Source of the DNA: Octopus vulgaris
Lineage: Eukaryota
Direction: 5' to 3'
DNA: 64,000 bases
NCBI GenBank assembly: GCA_951406725.2
Contig: OX597821.1
Location: 93,310,001 to 93,374,000, forward strand
The notes beneath the pieces are model-generated. The model saw only the letters and a list, made by a program, of their open reading frames with translations. It had not been told where the DNA came from and ran no database searches. Shown piece after piece: positions 24,203 through 36,824 of the stretch (position 1 is its first letter; the number at the start of each line of letters is the position of its first letter). The position numbers and the translations under genes were made by a program.

Positions 24203-24460
24203 ATGTATGTATGTATGTATGTATGTATGTGTGTGGGTGTATATGTTTGTGCAGCCGTCTGTGTTTGTCTCCCCCCACCATCGCTTGACAACCGATACTG
24301 GTGTGTTTACGTCCCTGTAACTTAGCGGTTCGGCAAGAGAGGCCGATAGAATAAGTACTAGGCTTACAAAGAATAAGTCCTGGTATCGATTTGTTCGACT
24401 AAAGGCAGTACTCCAGCATGGCCGCAGGAAAATGACTGAAACAAATAAAAGAAAAACAGA
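23488..24460 (+). mobile_element. Two SINE family A copies (23488-23885 and 23996-24460); further copies at about 32770-33010(+), 38180-38555(-), 41490-41893(-), 46645-47015(+), 50010-50445(-), 55565-56215(+), 56680-57070(+), 60690-60935(-), 62355-62750(-)
   Basis: Head gtggctgtgtggtaa..ggttcagtcccactg, internal (TA/TG)n, tail gactgaaacaagtaaaaga. Confidence 0.85.
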
Positions 24461-24705
24461 ATAAAGAATAAAGGTTGGCGAAAAGTCATCCGACCGTAAA
24501 TCAAAATTCCATTATTACTTAATATTCAATATTATTTATTCATTCCAATTATGAATGTTTAATAAATGAATAATGTAAGCTTTTTTTTTTTTGCAATAAT
24601 TGTATATTTATTAGCGAAGTCTCATATAAGATAATTTTTTGTTTTAATCTTGGAATTAAATGGGCTTTGATTTACTGTCGGCTGACTTTTGGTCAACTCT
24701 CTCTC

Positions 24706-24753
<48 letters not shown>

Positions 24754-24851
24754 AATATATATACTTGAAATTTACAGAAAAACAAAAGATGAAGACAGAT
24801 GTGTAAACAACAAGCAGGTATATTAGTTTGACGTTCGGGAATGTGAGAGAG

Positions 24852-24888
24852 TTTTTTGCGTTTCGAGCCTATGCTCTTCAACAGAAAG
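24852..24888 (-). ncRNA. Hammerhead-like motif (A6U family, cleavage-site U mutated)
   Basis: cttt-CUGUUGA-A-GAGC(AUAG)GCUC-GAAA-CG-CA. Confidence 0.45.
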
Positions 24889-24966
24889 GTACAGGAGGAA
24901 ATAAATAGAGAGAGAATTAAGAAATTGTGCATTTAGCGATCAGACATAGTGTATATATATATATAT

Positions 24967-25036
<70 letters not shown>

Positions 25037-25199
25037 GTAGAGTAGATGAAACCATGGCGACTGAAGAAGGGTTTTTTCCTTGTGTTATTTGTCCTGTACT
25101 CTATTTTTTTGTTGTTTAAGAAAAATGTCCAGTTCCATGGGTTTGTGTCTATGTTTTCGTTTCTCATTGTGTTCGACGTTTTTTTTGTTTTATTTATTA

Positions 25200-25251
<52 letters not shown>

Positions 25252-25692
25252 TACATATCTTTACAGCCCTTCAAACTGCCCCTGACTCACTACTGACCAA
25301 CGCATCTACGCACACGTGCAAAAGCACGCATAACACACTGCCACAGCCACCCATACATACACCTGTCACTATAGCTGTTGACCACTCACACAACACAAAC
25401 ACATGTAAACAGTTAATATCACATACACACACATCGTTACCACCACATGCACACAAGCTACCACGCACACATACACCCAGTTACTTCCACACACACACGC
25501 TATCACGCACACACACACACATAACAACCATTCATATACACAGATACCAACCATTCTTCACACTCTCCTGTCCCAGAAAACACTTTTTCTTTTTATCCAT
25601 CTACTTCTGGTTATTTGAAAAATGTAACTACACATGGACTGCTGGAGATTTTTTCCTCCTTCCTTTTCTTTTGGATTTACTTATGTCTCCTG

Positions 25693-25725
25693 TTTTCGAA
25701 GAAGAGTTATGCTCGAAACGTAAAT
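25693..25725 (+). ncRNA. Degenerate hammerhead-like motif in a PLE-type terminus
   Basis: ttt-UCGAAGA-A-GAGU(UAU)GCUC-GAAA-CG-UA. Confidence 0.4.
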
Positions 25726-25820
25726 CAACCACTCTTTCTTTCCTTGACCGTCTTATTAATACTTTGTATGTTGTTGATTTTTCTTGTATTTTTTCTCCGA
25801 TTTCTAATCAATCACACTCA

Positions 25821-25894
<74 letters not shown>

Positions 25895-25910
<16 letters not shown>

Positions 25911-26120
25911 TGAGAATGTGTGTCTGTCTGTATGTTTCCCTAAAACTTGAGAACTACACAACTAATTTCATTCAAATTTTACACATGCCTTACTTAAGGT
26001 CCGGGGAGTGTCATCGGCTAAAAAAATCTTTAATTTTTCCCTAGGGCGACCCCACAGCAATATCATATCTACTCCACTATTTCAGTATTACTTGTTAAAA
26101 GTAATGCAGATACTTTCACT
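25895..26120 (+). mobile_element. Probable Helitron 5'-terminal region
   Basis: tatatataaaactgagaatgtgtgtctgtctgt..gaactacacaactaatttcattcaaatttt resembles Helitron left ends and lies upstream of the Rep pseudogene. Confidence 0.5.
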
Positions 26121-26711
26121 ATTAAAGTGAAAGTATTATATAACGGATGAACCATTAACAATGGTCATCCATTTTGCTAGAAGAAGATCTGCTATGGTCT
26201 TATATGCTACACCACTGGTTTTCAATTCATATTAATCAAATTAATATTCAATTTTTTACCCTTATTATGTGTGTGTGTGTGTGTATTAGCAATTCGTATA
26301 AAATTGCATCAATGACTTGAACTTGAATAAGTGGTTTTACATAAATGGGGATAAATTAAAAAGGTTTGTTGTTATTATTATTACTGTTTGACTATTGTAA
26401 TCACGTTTGTTGGTTCTTCGTCAGGGAAACGTTGTTGTGTTGCCTTTGTTAAATAATTGTAAACCGTAACCCTCCCCCTTTCGGAGAAGGGGCTTTGGTT
26501 ATTGTTTAAAAATTAAATTGTGTCCCTGTTTGGGGAAATTGACGATATTTTCACCGTCTTTACGGAAGCATTTTTGTTAAAATGCCTTCGATAGAAGAAA
26601 GTCCAAAAAGGAATTTCGCTGCAGCCGTACACTTCTGTACAAGAGGGAGGACAAGATCCAATTGATCGAAATTACAAGAGACGGGCCTACAATTCCAGTC
26701 TGTTATAAATT

Positions 26712-28190
26712 TTCCATCTCAAGTTAATCTCTCTCATGGAGCTCATACAAAAAAGGCAAGTCTTTGGGCCCATACAATGTGACATGTACACAATCGAGTG
26801 GCAAAAAAGGGGCCTTCCACATGCTCATATCCTGCTTTGGCTCTCAGCGAAGATCAATTCCAATGACATCGACAACATAATCTCTGCAGAGCTTCCTGAT
26901 CCAGCTTTAGACAAAGAACTATACGAAATAGTTAAAGCAAACATGGTACATGGTCCATGTGAGCGTGGATTCAACATAAACTCACCATGCTTGAAGAACA
27001 GCATATGTTCAAAAAGATTTCCAAGGAGGCTCCCACAAGAAACTCAGACAGGTGCTGATGGGTACCCATCATACAGACGCAGAAAACCAGAAGACGGAAG
27101 TTTCACAGCAACTATCGGACAGCACGATATTGATAATAGATGGATGGTTCCATACTGCCCACTCCTGTCAAAGACTTTCAATGCCCACATCAACGTTGAG
27201 TTTTGCAACTCCGTTAAATCCATCAAGTACGTTTGCAAATATGTAAACAAGGGTTCTGACGCTGCAATGTTTGGACTTCAACAAGAATACTGCCAGGATG
27301 AGGTGACGCATTATTAGGTGGGATGGTACATACGTAGCAACGAGGCTTTCTGGCGCATCTTTGGCTTTCCAATTCACCAACGACACCCCGCCATTCAACA
27401 GCTTGCAATGCACCTGGAAAATGGTAAAAGAATGTACTTCACCGATGCTAATGCTTCTCTGTTGGCAGAGGAACCAAGGGATAGCACACTCACTGCATTC
27501 TTCAAGCTTTGTTAAGTGGATCCATTCGCTCAAACCTTGCTGTATCCACAGATTCCATCGTACTACACTTGGAATGGAAAAAAATGGGCCCCACGGAAAG
27601 CAGGTCAAAATGTTCATGGATACCCTGGCATTAAGTTTCACACTTGCCTTGGGCGAGTATACATAGTGCATCCCACTCAACAAGAGTGGTTCTACCTTCG
27701 TCTACTACTGCATGATGTCAGAGGGCCAACGTCTTTCCAGGCCCTAAAAAGCGTTCATGGACATGTCTGCACAACATACAGAGAAGCCTGCTATCGACAA
27801 GGTCTGTTAGAAGATGGTACACAATGGGATGCTACTTTAGGAGAGGCTGCTTTATCACAATCACCTAAAAGTCTCAGGGCACTATTTGCAGTATTACTAC
27901 AGGCATGCGAACTGTGTGATCCGGCCACTCTATGGCTCAAATATAGAGACAACCTGGCTGAAGACTTTCAGCGCCAAGCTCAACTGCTCTATCCTGACAT
28001 GGAGGGTATCAGCAATGAAATCTATAACAAAACACTCATTGACATTGAAGACAGAATTGCAAAACTGGGTGGAAATGAATTGTCGACGTATGGCCTGCCA
28101 CAAGCATTCAGGTCAGGGTCAAATAGCCTTCCCACTGCTGTAATTCGTGAAACAACCTACGACACTCAAGCGCTTTCAAAGTACATTGTC
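26712..28190 (+). pseudogene. Helitron RepHel pseudogene, Rep (HUH, Y2) domain and linker; helicase absent
   Basis: One frame with two stops (27315 TAG, 27513 TAA): IEWQKRGLPHAHILLW, MVHGPC, CSKRFPR, DGYPSYRRR, HINVEFCNSVKSIKYVCKYVNKG, FYLRLLLHDVRGPTSF. Confidence 0.95.
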
Positions 28191-29214
28191 GAAAATTTTC
28201 ACCGAAGATTTTACCCAAAAATTTTTCGAAAATTTTACTCAAAACTTTTTCAAAACTTTCCACCGAAAATTTTACCCAAAGATTTTCACCAACAATTTTT
28301 AGAAAATTTTCACCGAAAATTTTACCTAAAAATTTTCACCAACAATTTTTCCAAAATTTTCACCAAAGATTTTACCCAAAAATTTTTCAAAAGTTTTCAC
28401 CGAAAATTTTACCCAAAAATTTTCACCAACAATTTTTCGAAAATTTTCACCGAAGATTTTACCCAAAAAATTTTTCGAAAAATTTACACAAAAATTTTTC
28501 AAATATTTTCACCGAAAATTTTACCGAAAAACATTTCCAAAATTTTCACCGAAAATTTTACCCGAAAATTTTTCCAAAATTTTCACCGAAAATTTTACCC
28601 AAAAATTTTGACCAACAATTTTTCGAAAATTTTCACCGAAGATTTTACCCAAAAATTTTCACCAACAATTTTTCAAAAATTTTCACCAAAGATTTTACCC
28701 AAAAATTTTTCAAAAGTTTTCACAGAAAATTTTACCCAAAAATTTTCACCAATAATTTTTCGAAAATTTTCACCGAAGATTTTATCCCAAAAATTTTTCC
28801 AAAATTTTCACGGAAAATTTTACCCAAAAATTTTCAGCAACAATTTTTCCAAAATTTTCACCAAAGATTTTGCCCAAAAATTTTTCCAACATTTTCATCG
28901 AAAATTTTACCCAAAAATTTTGACCAACAATTTTTCGAAAATTTTCACCGAAGATTTTACCCAAAAATTTTTCGAAAATTTTACACAAAAATTTTTACAA
29001 TATTTTTCACCGAAAATTTTACCCAAAAACATTTCCAAAATTTTCACCGAAAATTTTACCTGAAAATTTTTCCAAAATTTTACCCAAAAATTTTGACCAA
29101 CAATTTTTCGAAAATTTTCACCGAAGATTTTACCCAAAAATTTTTCGAAAATTTTACCCAAAAATTTTCACCAACAATTTTTCAAAAATTTTCACCAAAG
29201 ATTTTACCCAAAAA
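28191..29214. repeat. ~1-kb satellite of 12-13-bp monomers with an AAAATTTT core and irregular higher-order blocks
   Basis: Variants GAAAATTTTCACC / GAAGATTTTACCC / AACAATTTTTC; the rare variant ACATTTCC recurs at 28531 and 29029. Confidence 0.95.
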
Positions 29215-29595
29215 GTTGCAGGTTTCTGATCAGCAACTGGTAAACCGAGCTTGCTTTTCTTTTGAATATTCGCCGTCTGAATGTTTGTTTGAAATATGAA
29301 ATAAAAGTCTGGAGGCAACGCTTATCTTTCTGTTCTTTCATTTAAAAACCTTTGTGAACAACATATGTGGAAACGGCTGCTTCAAGATAACGCTTTTGAT
29401 TTCATTTCTGGTTCTCCATACAATCGAAGTCGTATATATAGCTGTCTGCATGTGTCTCTATATATATGTATATATACACACATATAGATATGCACACATG
29501 TACGTATACATATATACTAATCCAAAACCACATAGTTGAAAGAAACAAGCTTCTAAATCACTCAGCCACGCCTATATATACATATATACATACAA

Positions 29596-29825
<230 letters not shown>

Positions 29826-29827
<2 letters not shown>

Positions 29828-30417
29828 GAAGTCAAAAATTATCCGTACTTTCGCATTAACATATCTTTGTTATTATCACACTGCCTTCTGGGCATGCGTG
29901 CTTACAGTTGCTACTATTATGGTCACGTGATCGAAGTTTGAGCCTAATCGTGCCATTTTTCTTTCTGGCTTTACAGTGTAAGCATGGCCGTGCCACTAGT
30001 AATGTGCACCAAAGAAGAACAAAAGGCAGTGATCCGAGAGATGGCAACGGTAAACCGGTTCGCCATTACCATCTCTTGATCTTGCTGAATCTTCTCGACA
30101 GTGGTGGAGGTTGACGTGCGTCCTTGCTGCCTCTTCGTGCTTCATGCTTGTCCGGCCACTTTTAAACTTCTCGATCCCCTCATACACACTTCTACGCGGT
30201 AGTGCATTGTCCCCGTGTTGTGCTAAAAGCCTCCGATGAATTTCAGCACCTGATACATCTTCCGACCAGAGAAATCGGATCACTGCCCTTTGCTTTTCTT
30301 TAGTGCGCATTGCTAGCAGAGCAGCCATGCTTACATTGTAATGCCAGAATGAAAAATGGCACGATTAGTCTCAAACTTTGATCTCGTGACTACAATAGTA
30401 CCAACTATAAGCACGCA
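29826..30417 (-). mobile_element. mariner-derived fold-back element (transposase N-terminal HTH only)
   Basis: ORF MAALLAMRTKEKQRAVIRFLWSE..AEIHRRL..HGDNALPRRSVYE.IEKFKSGRTS; 29895-30037 is an inverted copy of 30275-30417; TIR-like agtcaaaaattatccg at about 29830. Confidence 0.85.
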
Positions 30418-30444
30418 GGTACATTGCATCCGGGCTTGACTGTA

Positions 30445-30608
30445 ATTTTATGGAGCCAAACCGGCGCATAATGGGAAAATACTCTGAAAGTAAGGCACCC
30501 CTGAAACGTGAATACAAACGGAATAAAACAAGTTTATTTCTTAACACTATAACTACCATGGAGGTAGCCTTGACTCTGTTATCGTTGTTGGTGCTATTAT
30601 TGTTGTAT
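30445..30608. repeat. Unclassified interspersed repeat (inverted copy at 58168-58325)
   Basis: gccaaaccggcgcataatgggaaaatac..aagtttatttcttaa..ctaccatggaggtagccttgact is shared. Confidence 0.75.
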
Positions 30609-31388
30609 TACTTCTGTGATTATGCTTGTGGCCCCCGAAATCTGATAATTTGATTAGTGAAAAGTAATGTACATTGTACACCCAGAGAATTCAGAAAAAT
30701 GCAACAGGACTTAATCGTATTCTAAAGCGCCCACACACTGCTATTATTCAAAAATATTCACTTATATATTAACTATAAAGAATAATATTGTACAATTGTA
30801 TATGAACATAGACTCAGCAACTTAAAGATACTGCATAGTGCAAAAATAAATGTCGTGGTCTACTATTAAAGCACAATATCTTCCATCCTCGTGTTATATT
30901 ATTCTTACACACACACACATGTATATATTTAATGATATGTAAAGATAAGATCCAATAATCGAGGTAAAGAAAATTAGTAAGCTTCGAGCAGTCCGTAGAA
31001 GGTATAAAAAAAAAACATTCAGAAATAAAAGTGGTTTATTGGCGTAGATGGTTGTAAATTTTTCCCATGTCGAAGTTCGATAAGCCGAAAAGAGTTTATT
31101 TTATAGTTCACGGTTAGCGACTGGGGTTGCTATACATGCGAATAAAAACCCAAATTTAGGGTATTGAGCATTAGCTATTCATCAGGCCGAGGATACCTTA
31201 GTTAAACGAAAGTTACATTGTCATCAAGGGATCCCAAGTTATCTCACTGGAGATTTGAGCGGAAATTATATCTTCGGTCTGAGGAGTAGCCAGTGGAATG
31301 CTCCTCGTTGAGTAATTACTACTTCCGAGGTTCTGCTAGCTAGGATACATATGTAGCCTGGATTTTACCTGCTCCATTCCCTCAATTT

Positions 31389-31446
<58 letters not shown>

Positions 31447-31713
31447 TTAAAATGAGGGTGAAAAAATGAATATTAATTTGATTAATATCACTCTAAAACC
31501 AGTGGTCTAGCATATTAAAATCTGAAGGTTCAGAAAATTATATTACATATATATATATATATATATATAGAGAGATGACCACAACGTAGATAACCCTTAT
31601 GCTAAAAGTAGATCTGCTATGGTCTTACTACTAAGAAATGTTCTCAAGAAAATTTAGCAAACGCCAGAACGTAATCGAGCAAGACAAATGAGAAATAACA
31701 AAAATATAGGTTA

Positions 31714-31787
31714 ATCATGGACATGTTTCGCTATCAACATTTACGTTATTTTACTTACACAATTTGTCCGTAGCTCCTCAGAATGAT
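31714..31787 (-). ncRNA. Type-I hammerhead motif with canonical core and long stem-II loop
   Basis: atcatt-CUGAGGA-GCUA(~37 nt)UAGC-GAAA-CAUG-UC-catgat; palindromic stem III ACAUGU; GUC cleavage triplet. Confidence 0.7.
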
Positions 31788-31808
31788 CGTCATTGCAAAC
31801 ATGATATA

Positions 31809-31892
<84 letters not shown>

Positions 31893-31986
31893 GGGAAGCT
31901 TTATGAAAATAAACAAAAGACGAAGCAGGTGGAATACAAGCAAACAATTGTATTAGTATGGCGCTCAGGAATATAAATAAAACAAG

Positions 31987-32024
31987 TCTTTTACGTTTCG
32001 AGCCTACGCTCTTCAACAGAAAGA
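31987..32024 (-). ncRNA. Minimal hammerhead-like motif (A6U family, best-preserved copy)
   Basis: tcttt-CUGUUGA-A-GAGC(GUAG)GCUC-GAAA-CG-UA-aaaga; palindromic ACGU stem III. Confidence 0.6.
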
Positions 32025-32245
32025 TACACAGAAAAGAAACACGGAGAGAAACAAGGAGAGAAAAAAATGCGTGCAGAAGCTATATAAAGGGTAAGACCCC
32101 TTCGGTCATGAAAACCATGGGATTCACCTAGAAAGTTACCCTCCTAGACACAAGTCCGGGCAGGTTGTTTTTTATGGAGACCAGCAGTATGCATACCAGC
32201 CTCCCTCTCCACGCCACCAGTGTTATCCAAGGGAAAGACGAGAAG

Positions 32246-32291
<46 letters not shown>

Positions 32292-32675
32292 CTTCCTTCC
32301 ATAATGTGAGTTGCTATCTAGGTCTTCTACAGTAGAAAAACCTATTTTGTTCATCGCTTCATCTCGAAGCATCAAAGCACATCCCACTCGAGTGTAGTCT
32401 CAATCAGTCAAAAGGATCTTAGTCTTACAATCTGCATGACGGCTTCACTTGTGCTGGTGCCATGATAAAAGCACGCTGTGCATGCCATAAAGTTGTTGAT
32501 ATTAGGAAAGGCATCCAGCGGAAGAGAAATTATGCCAAAGCTGACATGTGGGTACAATGCAGTCTCTGAAACTGTCAGATCTCATCGAGCTGTCCAGCCC
32601 TTGCCAGCATGGAATGCGAATGTTATGCGAATGTTATGCGATGATTATGATTGTATAAAGCCCTTAAGGTTTTCT

Positions 32676-32714
<39 letters not shown>

Positions 32715-33577
32715 TTTATATGTATATAAAGAGAGAGAGAGAGATGTATGTATGTATGTATGTATGCATGTACGCATATATATATATGCACATATGTATA
32801 TGTGTGTGTATGTCTGTGTGTCTGTGTCCGCCCAACATCGCTTGACAACCGATGCTAGTGTGTTTACGTCCCCGTAACTTAACGGTTCGGCAGAAGAAGA
32901 AAAAACGATAGATTAAGGCTTACAAAGAATAAGTCCTGGCGTCGATTTGCTCGACGAAAGGCGGTGCTCCAGCATGGCCGCAGTCATATGACTGAAACAA
33001 ATAAAAGAATATATACATATATATGCGTATATACTCACACACACTCATATGCACATATATATTAATATCCTTACCTACATGTGAGCATTATATTAATACG
33101 CACTCAATACATACTTTTGTGTACATGTATACATACACGTAGGTACATACCTGTCTGTAACTGTGTCTGCGTGTGCGCGCGCTTGCTTGCATGTGTATGT
33201 AGTAGGGTGCTGTGAATGAAAAGCACCATTTTCCTACGTTCCAATGACCACTAAAGCTAAAATAACTACCAATAATACATACAGTTGTGTCACTCAACTA
33301 TAGCAGTTCACAGTATTTCGAAAAAAAAAAAAGAAAAAAAGTTTCTTACCTCAGCCAGAAATCATAATTGTTTAACCATCATCATCATCATCATCATTAT
33401 CAGTAACATTCTATATGTTTTTTGTTTGTTTGTTTTTTCTTCCTTTTTCCCCCTTCTTTTTTCTTTTCTCTTTATTTCTACCGCTCATTCTCTATAGCGT
33501 CCAACAACACTTCAAAGCAACAATCGACATCGTTAGCAGTATCCATTCCTCTTGATTGCTTACCTATATATCACACA

Positions 33578-33579
<2 letters not shown>

Positions 33580-33621
<42 letters not shown>

Positions 33622-33661
33622 CATTATTATTATTATCATTATTATCATTATCATCATTATT

Positions 33662-33702
<41 letters not shown>

Positions 33703-33703
33703 T

Positions 33704-33741
<38 letters not shown>

Positions 33742-33872
33742 GATCATCATCATCATCATTATTATTATTATTATTATTATCATTATTATTATTATTATTA
33801 TTATTTTATTTTTATTATGATTATAATCATGATCATCATCATCAGCATCATCATCGTCATAATTATCATCGC

Positions 33873-33926
<54 letters not shown>

Positions 33927-33985
33927 CATTATTATTATTGTTATTGTTATCATCATCATCATCGTCGTCATTCGTCATCATCATA
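33580..33985. repeat. (ATT)n/(ATC)n microsatellite; similar fields at 6210-6470 and 50600-51250
   Basis: Directly visible. Confidence 0.95.
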
Positions 33986-34298
33986 GAATAACATTTTCAA
34001 CATACATCAACCCTACAATTAACCTTTCAGTCAATAAAAACCACCCAACGCCCCCCCCTCTCAACTACTACCACTACTACCACCAACACCATTACCACCA
34101 CCATCACCGTTTCCATCACTACTACCATAACTATTATCACAGACGTTATGCTTTGATGTTAGAGACATCAAAGGTTTTGCCAGTTTCTTTAAATGTCTTC
34201 ACAGTTTGGCTACTCCACGGTGTGTTGCCAACATTTCTACTGTAATATTGCTATCCTCCTCAACACCCCCCCACATACACACACATATAGATATATAT

Positions 34299-34329
<31 letters not shown>

Positions 34330-34738
34330 CCCTTCTCCTATTCACTCCCGCTCTCTTGCTCTCTCGCTCTCATCATCGATAGCCATTAAATACTGCTCTG
34401 TCTTTGTGCTTAGTTCTTTTGTCAAAGACCAGTTTTGCAAGAATGGGTTTACTTTACCCTCCTCCCATCCTCACATTTTTTCCCCACCACTGACCACACA
34501 TATAAAATGCTAGTTTTTGGACAATCTGCCAGGTTAATTTATCATATCCATAACCCATATCACTCGCAGATCTATCAGAATTTTAGGATTGGTACAGAAG
34601 CTCATTTTCCTGTTATTCCTTGCTGAATTCATTACAACATATCTATCTACACACCACTAATTTCATTCATATTAAAATGCAGCTAAATATTTTAATGTTT
34701 TCTTTTGTTTTACTTTTATATACATATATACATATATA

Positions 34739-34889
<151 letters not shown>

Positions 34890-36070
34890 TGGCGGGGTGG
34901 GATTTTCTTTTCTTTTGTGATGTTTTATAGTTAGCAATCAGAGACCTACATTTTATTTCCAAATGAATTAAACATAATGGCACATTTATTCATCTATATA
35001 TCCTAGGCCACATACATTTACTTTGAATATTAAACACAGCAACAACCACTTATCATGAACCTTCGTCACAACCCCACCTATTCCAAAATATTGCAGCACA
35101 GCTACTCTGCATTTTATATACGCTAAACATAGCCACACCTCCATTGAATAAATTAGGGAAATGACAACCTTCTTGCAATTCATCCACTCTCACTTTCTCT
35201 TTATACTCTTAACAGCTATTTTTTAAATATACCCAGTGTACTCAACCTACTTTCAAACGATAATCTCGCCTTTTCCCATACACTCACAATACCACACCTA
35301 CTTTCAAATTTGCACATATAACCACACACACTCTCTTTCATGCATTCAGTATACCACACCCCCTTTTCTTTGTTTTTGTAGACTGCAACTCCAGTTATGT
35401 TCAAAAGTTTAGTCTACTTTCTCTGTGCACTCACATATGCTCCAAGCATAGCTAACCCACGTATACGGTGTGGAGTAAGGAATCATTTACAACATAATTT
35501 TGGTTTCGAATTTTGGCACAAAGTCCACAAGTTCTAGGTAAGGGGTAAGTCAATTAGATGGAGCCCCAGTGTTCAACTGGTGATTATTTTATCAACCTTG
35601 AAAGGCAAAGTCGACCTCAACAGAATTTGAACACAGAATCATTATCACACCACGCATTTTGCCTGATGTGATAATGATTCTGCCAGCTTGCCGCCTTAAT
35701 TTATGATACAATATTAGCAATATAAATGAATCCAATTTAAACACAGCTCCACCCACCATATGTCAAACACTCTTCAAAATTACAATATTGATTTATGTTT
35801 CAAAGACTTAGGGAAGGGCATAATCGATTAAATTGTCTCTTGTACTTGACTTGCATTTTATTTTATTAACTCTCCAAGGATGAAATGTGAAGCTGACCGC
35901 CCCACCCCCATTGAGATTTTGAACTCAGAATGTAAAGGACTGTAGCTAAATACTGGGGGTCAATGAAATGAATATTAGTTGACTACTGGGATCAATCTAA
36001 TCGATAACATAGGCACATCCTACATATTTGAACCATGTGTCAATGCAAAAAGTCAGTTTTATAGTACATA

Positions 36071-36641
36071 CTAGCAACTAAGCCCGGTTTCACCCGGTCG
36101 TTTGGGATCATGTGGCTGTAAAACCTGCTCTGTGTAAGCATTCGATTTGTTTGGGCACACTTACGTTAAAAACAATTTTAGAAAGACTTTTTGTCAAAAC
36201 GCTAAAAATAACTGACCAACAAAAAAAAAAAAAACAACCAGAATTCAACCAAATCAAAAAATAAACCCAAAATACTAAGGGAACAAAAATGAACCATCCC
36301 ACTTGCACTGCGCGTGCACACGCTCACACACACAAACACACACACACACACATTCACATACACCCCTTATACATACACACATATATTTACACAGTGTTGA
36401 AACGCTCACTCCTTCCTTCCTTATTCATCTATCACCCCTTCCTTTTTCATTCATAAACACAAGAGTATTATTATAGTAGATTATCTTGGTAACCATGGGA
36501 GCTATGAAAACATACAAAGCCCAGCATCACCACCGAATCGTTCTACACATCCGTGTAATTTTTCGCGCAATTCCACCCAGCCATTTGACTGTGAATCTCA
36601 AGACAAGAAAGAATCGCTCATATCAAATTTATATGTATAGA
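36071..36641 (-). mobile_element. Complete non-autonomous Helitron
   Basis: Minus strand A|TCTATACATATAAA.. at 36641; 3' hairpin CCGGGTGAAACCGGG followed by CTAG|T at 36071; second internal A|TCTACTATAATAATA start at 36480. Confidence 0.85.
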
Positions 36642-36770
36642 TTATCACATAACCAAACCAACAATTACATCATTATACTATAAACTTCATATTGTTTTAT
36701 CACTCTATGATAGAATCAACAAAATAATATTTATATATATATATACTTTATTTAAAAGCAGCAGAAATTC

Positions 36771-36824
36771 AACAAAACCTGTTACTCTGAGTTTCACGTT
36801 CCCGTTCGTCGGACAGTTTTTGTT
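36771..36824 (-). ncRNA. Minimal type-I hammerhead motif (U4C variant)
   Basis: aacaaaaactgt-CCGACGA-ACG(GGAA)CGU-GAAA-CUCAGAG-UA-acaggttttgtt; 11/12-bp stem I; followed by AATAAA and (TA)n. Confidence 0.7.

Noticed and set aside
27315-27515. In-frame stops in Helitron Rep as possible A-to-I recoding or readthrough sites
   Set aside because: Both fit simple C-to-T changes of Gln codons; editing would give Trp, and the helicase is missing anyway
28191-29063. 290-codon repetitive ORF extension, or a CRISPR-like array
   Set aside because: The monomer rarely contains stops, so an open frame is expected; there are no unique spacers and the context is eukaryotic
31150-31350. Inverted CTGATGA / CTGAGGA motifs as hammerheads
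   Set aside because: No properly placed GAAA-stem III could be found
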